DNA of 64,000 nucleotides from Fusobacterium ulcerans (GTDB lineage Bacteria; Fusobacteriota; Fusobacteriia; Fusobacteriales; Fusobacteriaceae): NCBI RefSeq assembly GCF_003019675.1, contig NZ_CP028105.1, positions 386,282 to 450,281 of the forward strand, read 5' to 3'. Shown piece by piece: positions 11,051 to 21,795 of this stretch (position 1 is its first letter; each line of letters starts with the position of its first letter). The notes under the pieces were generated by a model. It saw only the letters and a program-made list of their open reading frames with translations, ran no database searches and was not told where the DNA came from. The position numbers and the translations under genes were made by a program.

Positions 11051-11746
11051 TTATATGTTGTTAACCGAAATGTATACTTGCGTTATAAAATATGATGTAG
11101 TAGATTGTAGAGTATGCATAGTTGCTCCGTTATCTCTTGAAGATAATTTTCCATCTGGGCCTATTTTTATATAAGGATTTCCAGAAATACATGAGTATGT
11201 AATATATGTGTTTGCTGAAGGTCTAAAATTTTCAGGTACAACATATGTATCAAGTACAGCATTTATAGATCCGCCACGTGTATTGCAGAACACAATAATA
11301 ACTTTTCCAACTTTTCTAAATGTAAGTTCATGCTGTACAGGATTCCCTATTTCAATTAAAAAAGTTTCTTCATATACATCTTTTGCTAAATTCTTATTAT
11401 CTGCTGTAATAAAATTACTTGTAGGAGTTATATCTTCTGTAGTTTTTACACAAAGATAAGGTACCTTGGGAGTTACTGAGTTATCCCAATATATTTCTCC
11501 TTTTATTTTTGTTCCAAGCTCTTCTATGTTTTTCACTTGAGTAATGCCTGTATTTCCTTTTAGTAAAGTGAATACATTTTCTACATTTTCTTCTATTTTT
11601 TCTGCGAAGATATCTATCTTATCCCACCATTCATTCCACCATTTCCTAAAATCTCCCTTGCAATAAGACTTCCAAACTGGTAGTTTTAAATGCCTAGATA
11701 CTTTTTCAACCTCTTCTCTTCCCTGGGGATCACTAATAAATGGCAT
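11051..11746 (-). CDS. Putative tail fibre / receptor-binding protein
   Basis: 231 aa immediately after the XkdU-like gene. Confidence 0.35.
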   Translation of the reverse strand: MPFISDPQGREEVEKVSRHLKLPVWKSYCKGDFRKWWNEWWDKIDIFAEKIEENVENVFTLLKGNTGITQVKNIEELGTKIKGEIYWDNSVTPKVPYLCVKTTEDITPTSNFITADNKNLAKDVYEETFLIEIGNPVQHELTFRKVGKVIIVFCNTRGGSINAVLDTYVVPENFRPSANTYITYSCISGNPYIKIGPDGKLSSRDNGATMHTLQSTTSYFITQVYISVNNI

Positions 11747-12277
11747 CTACACTTCATCTCCTCTCGCTAATTTTATTTCTGTAAGCTCTGTAAGTTCCTT
11801 TTCTGTTAAGTCTGCAAGTGTAAAATCTATAATATACACTTCAAAGTCTATTAAAAAGCCTACTCCTGCACTTTTTATTCTTTTTACTACTTTTTTTACT
11901 TCTTCTACATCTAATGTATCTGGTACTGTTAAAAGAATTTTTCCTGTAGCTTCTAATACTGTAAATTCTTCTGGATCTCTTTTAAAATAAAATGCAAGCA
12001 TATTTTTAAGGTCTTCTATATTCCCTATAAAACTTACTAAAGTTAATTCAAACTTTATCTTTTTTATATATTCTAAATCTGTAAGCCCTTCTCTAAATAC
12101 CTTATAATTTCCTCCAAAATGATCCAAAGCTCTCCCAGATAGTTTTGTATAGTCTTTAAAATCATTTAGTTCCTGCCACATCTGCTTCTTTCTTTTATGT
12201 TTTTCATATACTATTTCAAATAATTTTAAAGCATACTTTGTATCATGAAAAATATGTGGAATTCTATTATAATTCAT
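11747..12277 (-). CDS. Tail protein, YmfQ/XkdU-like (DUF2313)
   Basis: 176 aa. Position after baseplate J and overall similarity to the XkdU family. Confidence 0.4.
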   Translation of the reverse strand: MNYNRIPHIFHDTKYALKLFEIVYEKHKRKKQMWQELNDFKDYTKLSGRALDHFGGNYKVFREGLTDLEYIKKIKFELTLVSFIGNIEDLKNMLAFYFKRDPEEFTVLEATGKILLTVPDTLDVEEVKKVVKRIKSAGVGFLIDFEVYIIDFTLADLTEKELTELTEIKLARGDEV

Positions 12278-12281
12278 AATT

Positions 12282-13436
12282 TTACTCCTTTATTTCCACA
12301 TTTATTAGTATATTTTCTTCTAGTAATCTTGGAATATTTTTATTCAGAAGCTTATAATCTATTGCTTTTAAATCCTCCATACTATCCCCTAATAATACTT
12401 CTAAATTTATTATTCCTTCACTATTTTGATATGTTTCTCCAATTAGTTTCCATATATACACAGTCCCTGCTACATCTACATTATCAACATAAGAAATAAG
12501 AGCCTTTTTTATATTATCTATATTTTCTTCTTTCCAGTATTCCTTACTTGCTGTAAGCTCTATTCTTATATATAAATCTTTTACTGTTGCCCTAGAAAAA
12601 CCATATGTTATATTCTCTATTTCTTTTCTTATATCTCCCCAAGTTCTTATTCCTGCTAGTTTATAGTCTTTTATAATTTTAAACATATTTTCATCTGTTT
12701 CTCCAGTTACTATTATTTCGTAAGAATGTGGTGGTCTCCCTGCTTCATCATACTCATCTGTTTCATTTTCTAAAACCTGGCATCTATCTACAGAACTGTT
12801 ATTTATTACATAGTTTCTTATTCCTTCACAAGAAAAAGAATTTATACTATCAACCCTTTTTAAAAATCTTTCTCTTAATTCACTATCACTCTCACTATCC
12901 TTTCCACCTACTGCTGCTCCTTGATTGGTTATTTTATTTATTCCAATTAAAACCTGTGTCATAATTGTTATTGTATTTTCTTCTGTATTTCCTATTTTTC
13001 CAGCTTCTAAAGCTATAACTTCTAATTCTTTTTTCTTTGTATTATCTATTATTTCTGTTGTAGTATTTAAAGTTACATATTTTTTACCATCCTCTGTCTC
13101 CACTCCCCAGCCTGCTGGTATTTCTGTTCCCTCTTCTGCCTCTATTGTTATCTTTGCTGTTGCTTTTGTTGCTGCTCTCCATTTCATATTCAAATAACTT
13201 GTTATAATACCTAAATCCTGCCCTGTAGCTGTATATACACTTCTATTATTATATTGTGCCAATCCTTGCAAATCTGTGTCATACTCTTCTGCTGCATCAA
13301 ATTTTAATAAAGATATTATTAAATTACTATCTGTTACCCTTATATCTGGTTTTACAGTTTTAAATTCTGCTAGTTTTCTTTTGTATATCTCTGTAAGTGT
13401 AGGGACAATAAAGCCGTTTTCTGTTATATATATCAT
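12282..13436 (-). CDS. Baseplate J-like protein
   Basis: 384 aa. Its size and position match XkdT/gpJ-like baseplate wedge proteins. Confidence 0.5.
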   Translation of the reverse strand: MIYITENGFIVPTLTEIYKRKLAEFKTVKPDIRVTDSNLIISLLKFDAAEEYDTDLQGLAQYNNRSVYTATGQDLGIITSYLNMKWRAATKATAKITIEAEEGTEIPAGWGVETEDGKKYVTLNTTTEIIDNTKKKELEVIALEAGKIGNTEENTITIMTQVLIGINKITNQGAAVGGKDSESDSELRERFLKRVDSINSFSCEGIRNYVINNSSVDRCQVLENETDEYDEAGRPPHSYEIIVTGETDENMFKIIKDYKLAGIRTWGDIRKEIENITYGFSRATVKDLYIRIELTASKEYWKEENIDNIKKALISYVDNVDVAGTVYIWKLIGETYQNSEGIINLEVLLGDSMEDLKAIDYKLLNKNIPRLLEENILINVEIKE

Positions 13437-13783
13437 TCTATTATCAACTCCCTATCCTGCCCTTTCAGTACTATTTCTATCTTCAAATTGTTATTATCCG
13501 TGAATTCTATTTTCTTTATTCTGTCTATTTTATATTTTTTTATAACTTTTGATATTTCATTTATAATTCTTCTATTTTCTACCTTTCCTTGCAATATTCC
13601 TGTATTTCTGTCATTTAACCAGGGAACTCCAAAATTTGTATTTAGATGCCATTGTTCTTTATTTTGGCATAGTTCAACTCTTATAGCTTGCATTATGTCT
13701 TCTTCTTCACTAACAAGCCCACATTGCCCTATATCATCAAATACTATTTCATTATCTTTATCTAGTTCTATACTTGCTCCCAT
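13433..13783 (-). CDS. Baseplate protein (XkdS / gp25-like)
   Basis: 116 aa, overlapping the start of baseplate J. Call is positional. Confidence 0.35.
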   Translation of the reverse strand: MGASIELDKDNEIVFDDIGQCGLVSEEEDIMQAIRVELCQNKEQWHLNTNFGVPWLNDRNTGILQGKVENRRIINEISKVIKKYKIDRIKKIEFTDNNNLKIEIVLKGQDRELIIE

Positions 13784-13792
13784 AGTTCCCCC

Positions 13793-14455
13793 CTAACCTG
13801 CTTTTGTTGTTCTTCCTTGTCCTACTGGATGTTCTGGCTGCTGATATCCATGATCATGTTCTTTTAAGCTGATATCTCCAGCTTTTACATCTCCATTAGT
13901 TGTTATATTTCCTGTCTGCGTGAAATCCCCTACTTGCTTTATATTCCCTTTTATCTCCAGATCACTTTCTATTATCATTTTATTAGCACCTGTTTTGATA
14001 AAAATTTCTCCATTTCCTTTTATTAAAATTAATGTTCCTTTTCCCTCTAGCACTATATCTTCAAGAAATTTTTCATTATATTCTATACTTTTAGGAGTAA
14101 TACTCCCCTTTATATATGCTCCATTCAAACTGAACCTATCCCAGCTTGGTGGTTCTTTTTCTTTACCATCCAAGACATTATAATAATCTAGTTCTGTAAA
14201 ACCTACCCATACCAAGTCCCCTTTTACATAAGGGTATCTTATTTTCCAACCACCAAAGCTTTTAAAATCAAGCATTACATCTATTAGAGGTGGTACACTT
14301 ATTATTTCTTTACAGAGTATTCTTTTTGGTAAAATTTGGACTGTACAGTACCCTTTTACTAAATCCAATTTCTCTATTCTTCCTGGTAGTGTTGTATGTA
14401 TTTCTTCTTTTAGTTCATTTATTACATAATCAAGAATTTCTTTCATATCAATCAC
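13793..14455 (-). CDS. Baseplate/spike-like protein
   Basis: 220 aa, positional. Confidence 0.3.
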   Translation of the reverse strand: MIDMKEILDYVINELKEEIHTTLPGRIEKLDLVKGYCTVQILPKRILCKEIISVPPLIDVMLDFKSFGGWKIRYPYVKGDLVWVGFTELDYYNVLDGKEKEPPSWDRFSLNGAYIKGSITPKSIEYNEKFLEDIVLEGKGTLILIKGNGEIFIKTGANKMIIESDLEIKGNIKQVGDFTQTGNITTNGDVKAGDISLKEHDHGYQQPEHPVGQGRTTKAG

Positions 14456-15264
14456 TTCCCACTTACTTTAATTACCTCTGCTACTGCATAGACACTAAAT
14501 TCTTCTAACCCTTGCGCACTCCTTGTTAATTCTACTACTCTATATGTTCCAGGATAATATTTACTGTCTATCTCTAAAATAGCATCTTCTACTATGTCTG
14601 GTATCATAAGAGTTTCTATCAAATATCTTTCTTTTTTTGTTTTATCCTCTATTTTTTCTATATTTATAAGCCCTTCTGCTGCCCCTATTCGAACAGCTTT
14701 CGAATAAGCTTTAGAAGGTGCTTTGAAATAAATTCTTTTTTCATCAAAATTCACTTTAGCTCCTGTATCTCTTCCAAGTACTTCTATTACTTTACTAAGT
14801 CTATTAGAAAAAATTTTTCCTCCAGGATATGGATCATCTTTTGGTAGATCCATTATTTCTATGGTATACGGAGTTATACTGTTTAATGTCTTCAATATTT
14901 CACTAGGTCTTATATTGGCTTTGAATTGTACATTAATGGCTGTATTAGTAAAAGCAACATTGCTTGGAGTGGCTATTATCCTAGTTACAAAGTCTTCTTG
15001 TTCTCTGTAGGTATTTACTTTATCTACAATTCCATTGAAAGATACTTTATTATAATTTTTATAACCATCTTTTACAGTGCATAGCAGCCCTTTTTTTATT
15101 TTCTCTTTGGTAGTTTCTGAAAGATTATAAAGAAAAATAACAGCTTGATTAGTCTTTGTATCATTTGTTTTTGTTATTTCAAAGTCTATATCTATATCTT
15201 GATATTTGAATAACATATCTCCAATTTTTACCTCTCTTACCTGCTGCCATAATTCATGCTTCAT
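14452..15264 (-). CDS. Tail/baseplate hub-like protein
   Basis: 270 aa, positional. Confidence 0.3.
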   Translation of the reverse strand: MKHELWQQVREVKIGDMLFKYQDIDIDFEITKTNDTKTNQAVIFLYNLSETTKEKIKKGLLCTVKDGYKNYNKVSFNGIVDKVNTYREQEDFVTRIIATPSNVAFTNTAINVQFKANIRPSEILKTLNSITPYTIEIMDLPKDDPYPGGKIFSNRLSKVIEVLGRDTGAKVNFDEKRIYFKAPSKAYSKAVRIGAAEGLINIEKIEDKTKKERYLIETLMIPDIVEDAILEIDSKYYPGTYRVVELTRSAQGLEEFSVYAVAEVIKVSGK

Positions 15265-15593
15265 TTTTCTTCCTCTCCTATTAAAAACATCTTGTAATCT
15301 TTATTAAAATTTTCTGGTGTTATTTTGTCATTTTCTTCTGCAAATTCATTTACTTTTATAACCCTCAACTGCTGTCCCCAATCTGTTTTACGCTTATTCA
15401 TATCAAGATAATCTATGTTAGGAACTAGCTTTGTATGCCCTAGCACCCTCTCTCCTGTATCTTCTAGTATTCCCATGTATATATACCCATCAAATGTATT
15501 ATAGAGAAAATCCAACTTAAATTTTTCTCCCTGTACATCTACTTCTAAATGGTTTGTTTTCAATTCTTTTAAGTCTATTTCTACTATTTTCAC
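15261..15593 (-). CDS. Hypothetical tail protein
   Basis: 110 aa, translationally coupled. Confidence 0.3.
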   Translation of the reverse strand: MKIVEIDLKELKTNHLEVDVQGEKFKLDFLYNTFDGYIYMGILEDTGERVLGHTKLVPNIDYLDMNKRKTDWGQQLRVIKVNEFAEENDKITPENFNKDYKMFLIGEEEK

Positions 15594-16165
15594 TTAGAAA
15601 GTCCTCCTATCCAGTCCCAACCTGCCTTAATTATTGTACTTCCCCTCTCTTTTTCTTTTGGAGTAGGATCCTTAACCTCTGCTGTTTTCACTATTTTATC
15701 CCCTCCACTTCCAGTCTTAGTACTTACTTTTTCTGTTGCTTCTATTTCTATCTCTGCTGTTTTTATTATCTTTAAAGAAATATCATATGTAAGTCCTGTA
15801 GCCTGTTCAGAGCTTTCTGTTTCTTTTATATTTGTTATAATTACATGATCATAATAGTCCCTTCCTGAATAATCAAATTCTGTGTATTCTCCACTATTAG
15901 CAAGTTTTTTTAAATTTATTCTATTTGTAAGATACTCAAAAGAATTATCTACAACTGTTATATCAAGAAGCAAACATTCAGATCTTGTGCTATCTGAAAT
16001 ATTAAAACCCTTTTCTACTCTTCTGTTTGTGCTGGATATCTTTGTAGTCTCACTTTTACTTGATATTACTTCCAGTTCTATTCCACCTAGTGTAGATTTT
16101 GCTTTAAATAAGTCTGGAAATTCTTTTTCAGCAGCCTTTTTTAATATATCAGATATCCTAAACAT
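15590..16165 (-). CDS. Hypothetical tail protein (post-tape-measure)
   Basis: 191 aa, overlapping the tape measure stop. Confidence 0.3.
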   Translation of the reverse strand: MFRISDILKKAAEKEFPDLFKAKSTLGGIELEVISSKSETTKISSTNRRVEKGFNISDSTRSECLLLDITVVDNSFEYLTNRINLKKLANSGEYTEFDYSGRDYYDHVIITNIKETESSEQATGLTYDISLKIIKTAEIEIEATEKVSTKTGSGGDKIVKTAEVKDPTPKEKERGSTIIKAGWDWIGGLSK

Positions 16166-17852
16166 TCAAGCCTCCTCCATATGTATTTTTTAATTTAGCT
16201 ACTACCTCTTCTTCATTGTTTCTGTTCACTTTTTTCATTGCTTCTTCTAGTTCTGTTTGACTTAGTCTACTACCTTCTATTTTAGTATTATTTTTCTGTT
16301 CAATTTTAATATTTACTACTGTTTCTTTTTTTTCATAGTTATTTTTTAATCCTGCTTCTAGAGATATTGGCTTTAATTTAGGGATATCTATATTTTGTTT
16401 TTCTAGTAAATATTTCTTTTGGATCTCTTGTTCTAAAAAATCATTTTTTTTAGGAATAGGTAAAAATGAATTATTTAATAAAGGCTTATTGTAATCTATT
16501 CCATCTGCTCCTATTGGAACTTTTTCTGGTAAAACTGGTAAAGATGATACTCCTCTTTTAGAATCTATGAATTTTGTTAAATATTCTTGGTTATTATCCC
16601 ATCTTTCTATACCTTTATTCAGCCCCTTTTTTGCAAGACTGTAGTCCCCTGTTATAAGTCCTTTACCTAGTCCTGCTATTATTGTAAGTCCATCTCCTAC
16701 CAGTCCTATACTTGCCTGTAAATTTTGTAAAAATGCTGCTACCCAGCCTCCTTCATCAAATGCCTTCCACAGCTCTTTTACATCTTTTTTAAATCCTTCA
16801 AAATTATAGTCATAGTCAAGATAGTTCATAAGTGCATTAAAGGCATCTTCTGTCACAGATTTTTGCCCGTTAAAAGCTCCTATTATATCTGCAATAACAA
16901 GCCCTGCTGCTGCAACTGGAAAAGTTGTTATAGCTAAAAATCCCCCTATAAGCTTTATTGTAGTTTTCACATCTTCTGGCATATCTGAAAAGGCTTTGTA
17001 TATCCCTTTTGCTGTTCCTACTGCCCCTTCTCTGAGTAGCTCCAATGTATCCAATCCTGCCATTATAAATTTTTCTGCTCCATCTAGATTATCTCCTAAA
17101 AAAGCAAACCATTCATATCTAGACTTTCTTAATCTAAACCCTACATTTTCATATACATCTCCAATTCTATTTTGAACTTGTACTATTTTTCCTTCTGGTG
17201 TATCTGCAAAGGCTTTATTTTGCTCTCCTACATTCATTGTTACTGCTTCTACAAGTGCTGCAACCTTTTGTTCTGGTGTTCCCACTTTTATAAGCTTTTC
17301 CTGCTGTTCTGTCAAAGAAATACCAGCCTTTAAAAGCATTCCTGTTTGTCCTTGTAATCCTTTTGCTAACATATTAGCAACTCCTACAGCATCTTGTCCT
17401 GTTCCCTTTAGTCCTTTTTGCTGTACTATTATATTTTGCATAGCTGGCATTAATGCTTTCAAAGATTTTTCTGTAAGGTTGAAAGTTGCTAACTGCTGTG
17501 CTCCTGCTAATGTTACTTCATCTCCTACAACTCCTAAACCTTGTAGTTCACTTGCATAAGCTTTTATATTTTCTATCTGCTCTTCCCTAAATCCTTGTGC
17601 TTTCATGGTAGAATACAACTTAGTTTCCTGTTCCATCTGATATTGTGCTGCTTGAATAGACTTGTTATATTCTCCCATCAATTTAGTTACAGAAAAAATT
17701 CCAGCTCCCATTTTTAGAAAGGTAGAAGCAGAAAGACTTTCCATACCTAAAAAACCTTTTTTTCCTTTATCTATTTCATCTTCAAGTTTTTTAAATCCAT
17801 CGCCTTTCAAGTAGCTCATTATGTCTACTGCTAGCTTTCTTACTGCTTCCAT
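16158..17852 (-). CDS. Tail tape measure protein
   Basis: 564 aa. Ala/Gly/Leu-rich with helical repeats. It follows the chaperone pair. Confidence 0.6.
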   Translation of the reverse strand: MEAVRKLAVDIMSYLKGDGFKKLEDEIDKGKKGFLGMESLSASTFLKMGAGIFSVTKLMGEYNKSIQAAQYQMEQETKLYSTMKAQGFREEQIENIKAYASELQGLGVVGDEVTLAGAQQLATFNLTEKSLKALMPAMQNIIVQQKGLKGTGQDAVGVANMLAKGLQGQTGMLLKAGISLTEQQEKLIKVGTPEQKVAALVEAVTMNVGEQNKAFADTPEGKIVQVQNRIGDVYENVGFRLRKSRYEWFAFLGDNLDGAEKFIMAGLDTLELLREGAVGTAKGIYKAFSDMPEDVKTTIKLIGGFLAITTFPVAAAGLVIADIIGAFNGQKSVTEDAFNALMNYLDYDYNFEGFKKDVKELWKAFDEGGWVAAFLQNLQASIGLVGDGLTIIAGLGKGLITGDYSLAKKGLNKGIERWDNNQEYLTKFIDSKRGVSSLPVLPEKVPIGADGIDYNKPLLNNSFLPIPKKNDFLEQEIQKKYLLEKQNIDIPKLKPISLEAGLKNNYEKKETVVNIKIEQKNNTKIEGSRLSQTELEEAMKKVNRNNEEEVVAKLKNTYGGGLNV

Positions 17853-18040
17853 CTACCTCTCCTTAATTAAAATTCTTTCTGTAACTAATTATTCTTTCTG
17901 CTGTGCTTATAAGCTCTCTATAAGTCATTTTTTCTGCTTTTTCAAAATCTCTTAAAAATCCCCCTACTAAACATATAAGTTCTTGTATTGGTTCATTAAA
18001 TCGTTCTACTTCATAATCTCCTATTTTTTTATCTAAGCTA

Positions 18041-18493
18041 TTACAAGCTACGAAAGATATTTCTTATAGTCAATAAATGTCCTATATCACCGACTTGTTT
18101 AAATATTTCTGCTCCCATATCTCTTAATTTAGAATATTTAAAACTATTAATATCCTTTTTTACTGCTTTTATAAAAGCTTCTGCTACATAAGCTGTATTG
18201 CTCTCTTCATTTTCTCCATAAATAGACCTAAATAGTTTAAAAGCTCTTCTTAAATCTTTTTTTCCATCCCTCATTAAAGAAAGTTCCATGCCTTCACAAA
18301 CTACCACTTCTGGAATATTTAATATATCTTCTAGTGGTAAATTTGTTTCCGCTGGATATTTTAAAATTTCTTGACAGTATTCTACTAAGTCATTTTTATT
18401 TCCAAACTTTCTTTCTAGATCTAAAGTAAAAGATGCTGGTTGTTCCATAATTGTTACTTGTTTTCCATTTATTTCTACTATTTCTTTTCTCAT
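18041..18493 (-). CDS. Tail assembly chaperone (probable -1 frameshift partner region downstream)
   Basis: 150 aa. The -1 frame stays open for about 62 codons across 17853-18040 up to the tape measure start. Confidence 0.45.
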   Translation of the reverse strand: MRKEIVEINGKQVTIMEQPASFTLDLERKFGNKNDLVEYCQEILKYPAETNLPLEDILNIPEVVVCEGMELSLMRDGKKDLRRAFKLFRSIYGENEESNTAYVAEAFIKAVKKDINSFKYSKLRDMGAEIFKQVGDIGHLLTIRNIFRSL

Positions 18494-18496
18494 TTC

Positions 18497-18940
18497 TTAT
18501 ATTCCTCCTGCTAGTAATAGAGCAAATGATGGTATTAAGTTTACAGCTCTTATTGTATAATCTCTTGTTCCTGCATTTGCACCTAAATTTAAGTCTGGTA
18601 TTTTTGTAAAATATGCTTTACTTGATACATTCCCCACATCTCCAGAAAAATTCTTGTCTATATGTGCAAGTAAGAACTGTTCTCCTGAATATGCTGCTGT
18701 TTGTAATACTGCATTAAGTGGAGATGATTGTAATATTTTTACTGTTACAATAGCATTTCTATTGTGGTTTTCAGATGTTGTCCCTGCTCCATCTGTTCCT
18801 GTTATTTCTGTTCTAAAATCTTGCTCATAGGCAATAGTTGCCTTTGTATCATTTCCATAATCTTTTAAAGCATATGGAATTCCCCCTATTGTAAGTACAA
18901 TGTCATGCTTCTTGACATCATAATTATAATTATTTGACAT
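18497..18940 (-). CDS. Tail tube protein
   Basis: 147 aa, between sheath and chaperone. Confidence 0.45.
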   Translation of the reverse strand: MSNNYNYDVKKHDIVLTIGGIPYALKDYGNDTKATIAYEQDFRTEITGTDGAGTTSENHNRNAIVTVKILQSSPLNAVLQTAAYSGEQFLLAHIDKNFSGDVGNVSSKAYFTKIPDLNLGANAGTRDYTIRAVNLIPSFALLLAGGI

Positions 18941-18952
18941 TTTCTATCCTCC

Positions 18953-19951
18953 CTATACTGCAAAGTATATATCTTCATTTATTTCTTTAGTTCCATATCT
19001 GTATTTAATCTGTATTTTCACGCCAAAAAGAACACCATTTAAAACATCATTATCTGGTATTTCTTCCAGTGGTGGAAAAGAAATAACTGTTTTTCCTGCT
19101 CTTAATGCTCCTGAATTTTCAAATTGTGTAGTCCGTTTCAAAATAGTTGTTTTTAATGGACTTAAATCATCATAAGAAGGTTTTGGAGTATTTATAAGGT
19201 ATGCTGTCATATCCTCTTCTAGCCTAAATTTTAAAGCATACAGGCAATGTATAAAGTCTATTGGATCTCCTGTTACTGTTTGTCCCTCTGCTAAAATTAT
19301 CTGCCCTTTTGCTCTAGCAAAATAAGAGCTTTTAGCTTTTTTTACAGTTGCTTGCTCTGCTCCACTTAGTCCTCCATCTATTCCACCATTCATTACTTTA
19401 TTGGCTATAAGAATAGCTCCAGGACTTTGTGGTATTGCATATCCTGCAACAATAGCATCTGCTTCATTTTGATTTTTAGAAATTATTATTGCTGTCCCCT
19501 GTGTTGTTATCCCTGCCATTTTATTTATAAACGCTTCATTTATTTCTGTCTCTTTAGCTGGTGTCCAAAATAGCATCTTTTGTCTAGCTGCTAATTCTTT
19601 AGACATTAAAGTTACTTTATCTATATCTATTTCATCTGTGACTGTTCCAAACCAATCATTTGAAAGACTATTAAATAATTCTGCATAGTCCTCTGCCCCA
19701 TCTTCTTGTTTTCTACCAAAAATTAAAATTTGTTTTGCTCCTGCTGCAAAGCTATCCCTTACTTTTGTATATAATAATTCTGTAGTTTCTAGTCCTTCCA
19801 CATCTTTTATACTTGTTATTAATTGCTCTTTTACATCTTTTTTAGTAGTAAAAGCTCCTATTATATTTACTGTAGCCTGATCTATCACGCTCGGTTTATG
19901 CACATTAAGAAATACAAGTACTTTTTCTGCTCCTCTAATTATTTCAGACAT
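18953..19951 (-). CDS. Tail sheath protein
   Basis: 332 aa, before the tube gene. The contractile-tail gene order supports the call. Confidence 0.45.
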   Translation of the reverse strand: MSEIIRGAEKVLVFLNVHKPSVIDQATVNIIGAFTTKKDVKEQLITSIKDVEGLETTELLYTKVRDSFAAGAKQILIFGRKQEDGAEDYAELFNSLSNDWFGTVTDEIDIDKVTLMSKELAARQKMLFWTPAKETEINEAFINKMAGITTQGTAIIISKNQNEADAIVAGYAIPQSPGAILIANKVMNGGIDGGLSGAEQATVKKAKSSYFARAKGQIILAEGQTVTGDPIDFIHCLYALKFRLEEDMTAYLINTPKPSYDDLSPLKTTILKRTTQFENSGALRAGKTVISFPPLEEIPDNDVLNGVLFGVKIQIKYRYGTKEINEDIYFAV

Positions 19952-20444
19952 TTACTATCCCCCTTATCTTTAAAATTACTTTTTTTACTAATGGAACTTT
20001 TGCTATACTTGAACTTTGTATTCTTACAGATATATCAATAATATTTTTTTCTGTATAACCTGCTGGAAGTGCTGTAGATATATCTATTATGCTTCCAACA
20101 TTTTCTAGTACATATTTCAAGCCGTTTCTAGCTATCCACCAATTCTGCCCCTGCATATGTTCAAAAAACTTTCTAGCCTCTTGAACATGTTTCGAATTCC
20201 CTATGAATACAAATGAAATTGTATTTCTATATATATTAATTTGTTCATATACTCTATTATCTTTTTCATCATGTGTCTTTGTGTATTTCTCTATTATTTC
20301 ACTTGTTAAGGTTCTACTAACACATCTTTCTTTTTTTAGATCACTTGCATTCATATACTGCAAATCAGAACTTGAAAATACTTGTACTCCAGTAATTTCC
20401 TGTATCTTTTCTAAAAAGTCTACTTCTATATCTCTTCTATTCAT
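19944..20444 (-). CDS. Hypothetical tail-completion/neck protein
   Basis: 166 aa, positional. Confidence 0.3.
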   Translation of the reverse strand: MNRRDIEVDFLEKIQEITGVQVFSSSDLQYMNASDLKKERCVSRTLTSEIIEKYTKTHDEKDNRVYEQINIYRNTISFVFIGNSKHVQEARKFFEHMQGQNWWIARNGLKYVLENVGSIIDISTALPAGYTEKNIIDISVRIQSSSIAKVPLVKKVILKIRGIVNV

Positions 20445-20778
20445 CTGTTTTCTCCAAAGTAAATTCTTTAAAATCTGCTCTTATTCTTGGCAATATTTCA
20501 GATACTTTATATTTTATATCTTCTATATACACATAATCTCCATGTTTTAGCGGATATATTTTTAAAATTTTTCCACACATCTGACCAGTTATTGTGCCTC
20601 CATTTGTATCTGGATTATATCCCCTTAAAGTCTTTTTATATATAAACATAGGGTACTCTTCTGTTATTTCTTCTCCTTTTGGATTTTTAAGATCCCCTTT
20701 TATTTTCTTTAGAACTTTATAGTTTTCTAGTTCTCCATCTTCTATAAAATCATTTAATTTATATTCCATTTCTACCAC
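20437..20778 (-). CDS. Hypothetical head-tail joining protein
   Basis: 113 aa, positional. Confidence 0.3.
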   Translation of the reverse strand: MVEMEYKLNDFIEDGELENYKVLKKIKGDLKNPKGEEITEEYPMFIYKKTLRGYNPDTNGGTITGQMCGKILKIYPLKHGDYVYIEDIKYKVSEILPRIRADFKEFTLEKTDE

Positions 20779-21224
20779 TCTATCCTATATACAATGCTAG
20801 TTAATAAAGCTTTAGTATCAATAAGAGGTTTATCAGATCCTTTTCTTTTTATTGTACTTTCTGCAAGTTCTGCAAACTCTCCATTTTCAATTACTTCTTT
20901 TATCTTCTGTACCATATACTTTCCTAGTTCATGCCCTAAAGCTTCCGCTGTTCCATTTCCTGTAATTATTAAATCTACCCTTTTTTCATAAAGCTTTTTC
21001 AATTTTTCAATATTGGTATCAAATCCTGTTCTGAAATAGGGACGAGCTGGATAATTTACATTAAATTCATCTGCTCCAAACTCCATCCATATTGCTACTT
21101 TTTCTACTTTTTCTCCAGTAGAATAAATTTTATCTGGATCAATTTCTACAATAACTTTCATATTTCCAAGTTTTTCTAATTCTTCTTTTATCTTATTAAA
21201 ACCAAAATCTTCATCTTTAAACAT
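20772..21224 (-). CDS. HK97 gp10-like virion morphogenesis protein
   Basis: 150 aa, positional with weak similarity. Confidence 0.35.
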   Translation of the reverse strand: MFKDEDFGFNKIKEELEKLGNMKVIVEIDPDKIYSTGEKVEKVAIWMEFGADEFNVNYPARPYFRTGFDTNIEKLKKLYEKRVDLIITGNGTAEALGHELGKYMVQKIKEVIENGEFAELAESTIKRKGSDKPLIDTKALLTSIVYRIEW

Positions 21225-21622
21225 TAATAACTCTTCCTTTCAAATCTTTTTAATGTTTGTGCAGCCTGTGAATTACAAAAATTTACAAGTCCAATTTTTT
21301 TAGTTTTATCATAGCTTACAGACATGTCTCCAATAGATTTAGAAGTTATTCCATTAAGCATCTGTGCCTGCTCCTCTTCTTTTCCACTAGCTATACTGTA
21401 GGCTTCTAGCATTTGTGCCATTTTTATTAAAAAAGGAACTTCCTGTTCTCCTCTGCGAGGGAAGACTTTTTCGCCTTCCCCCTTAAACCTAACAGGGATC
21501 TGCTCTATTTTGTCAAAGGCACGATACAAAGCTTTAGTTAGTTTTTCATCACTTAGACTTTTAATATCGTATCTTTCAGAAAGCCACTCCTTAGCTTCTT
21601 CTAATGTCACATACCCTATCAT
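21224..21622 (-). CDS. gp6-like head-tail connector protein
   Basis: 132 aa. The N-terminal MIGYVTLEEAKEWL matches the conserved start of the Phage_connect_1 family. Confidence 0.5.
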   Translation of the reverse strand: MIGYVTLEEAKEWLSERYDIKSLSDEKLTKALYRAFDKIEQIPVRFKGEGEKVFPRRGEQEVPFLIKMAQMLEAYSIASGKEEEQAQMLNGITSKSIGDMSVSYDKTKKIGLVNFCNSQAAQTLKRFERKSY

Positions 21623-21795
21623 TTTATTTCTCCTCTTCTATAATTTCTTCTTTGACTTCTTTTATGCTTGGATTTCTTAATAATTCTTTACAAAGTAAAG
21701 TATCTGGTACATCTGCTCTACCTTCTGCAAAAACTATTTCCTTGCCTTTTACAGTTACTGTTACATTCTTATATTTTTCATGTTTTAATATCATT

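Noticed and set aside
10436-11746. Searched for a Gin-like invertible tail-fibre segment
   Set aside because: No flanking inverted repeats were visible by eye, so this is only noted as something to test computationally.
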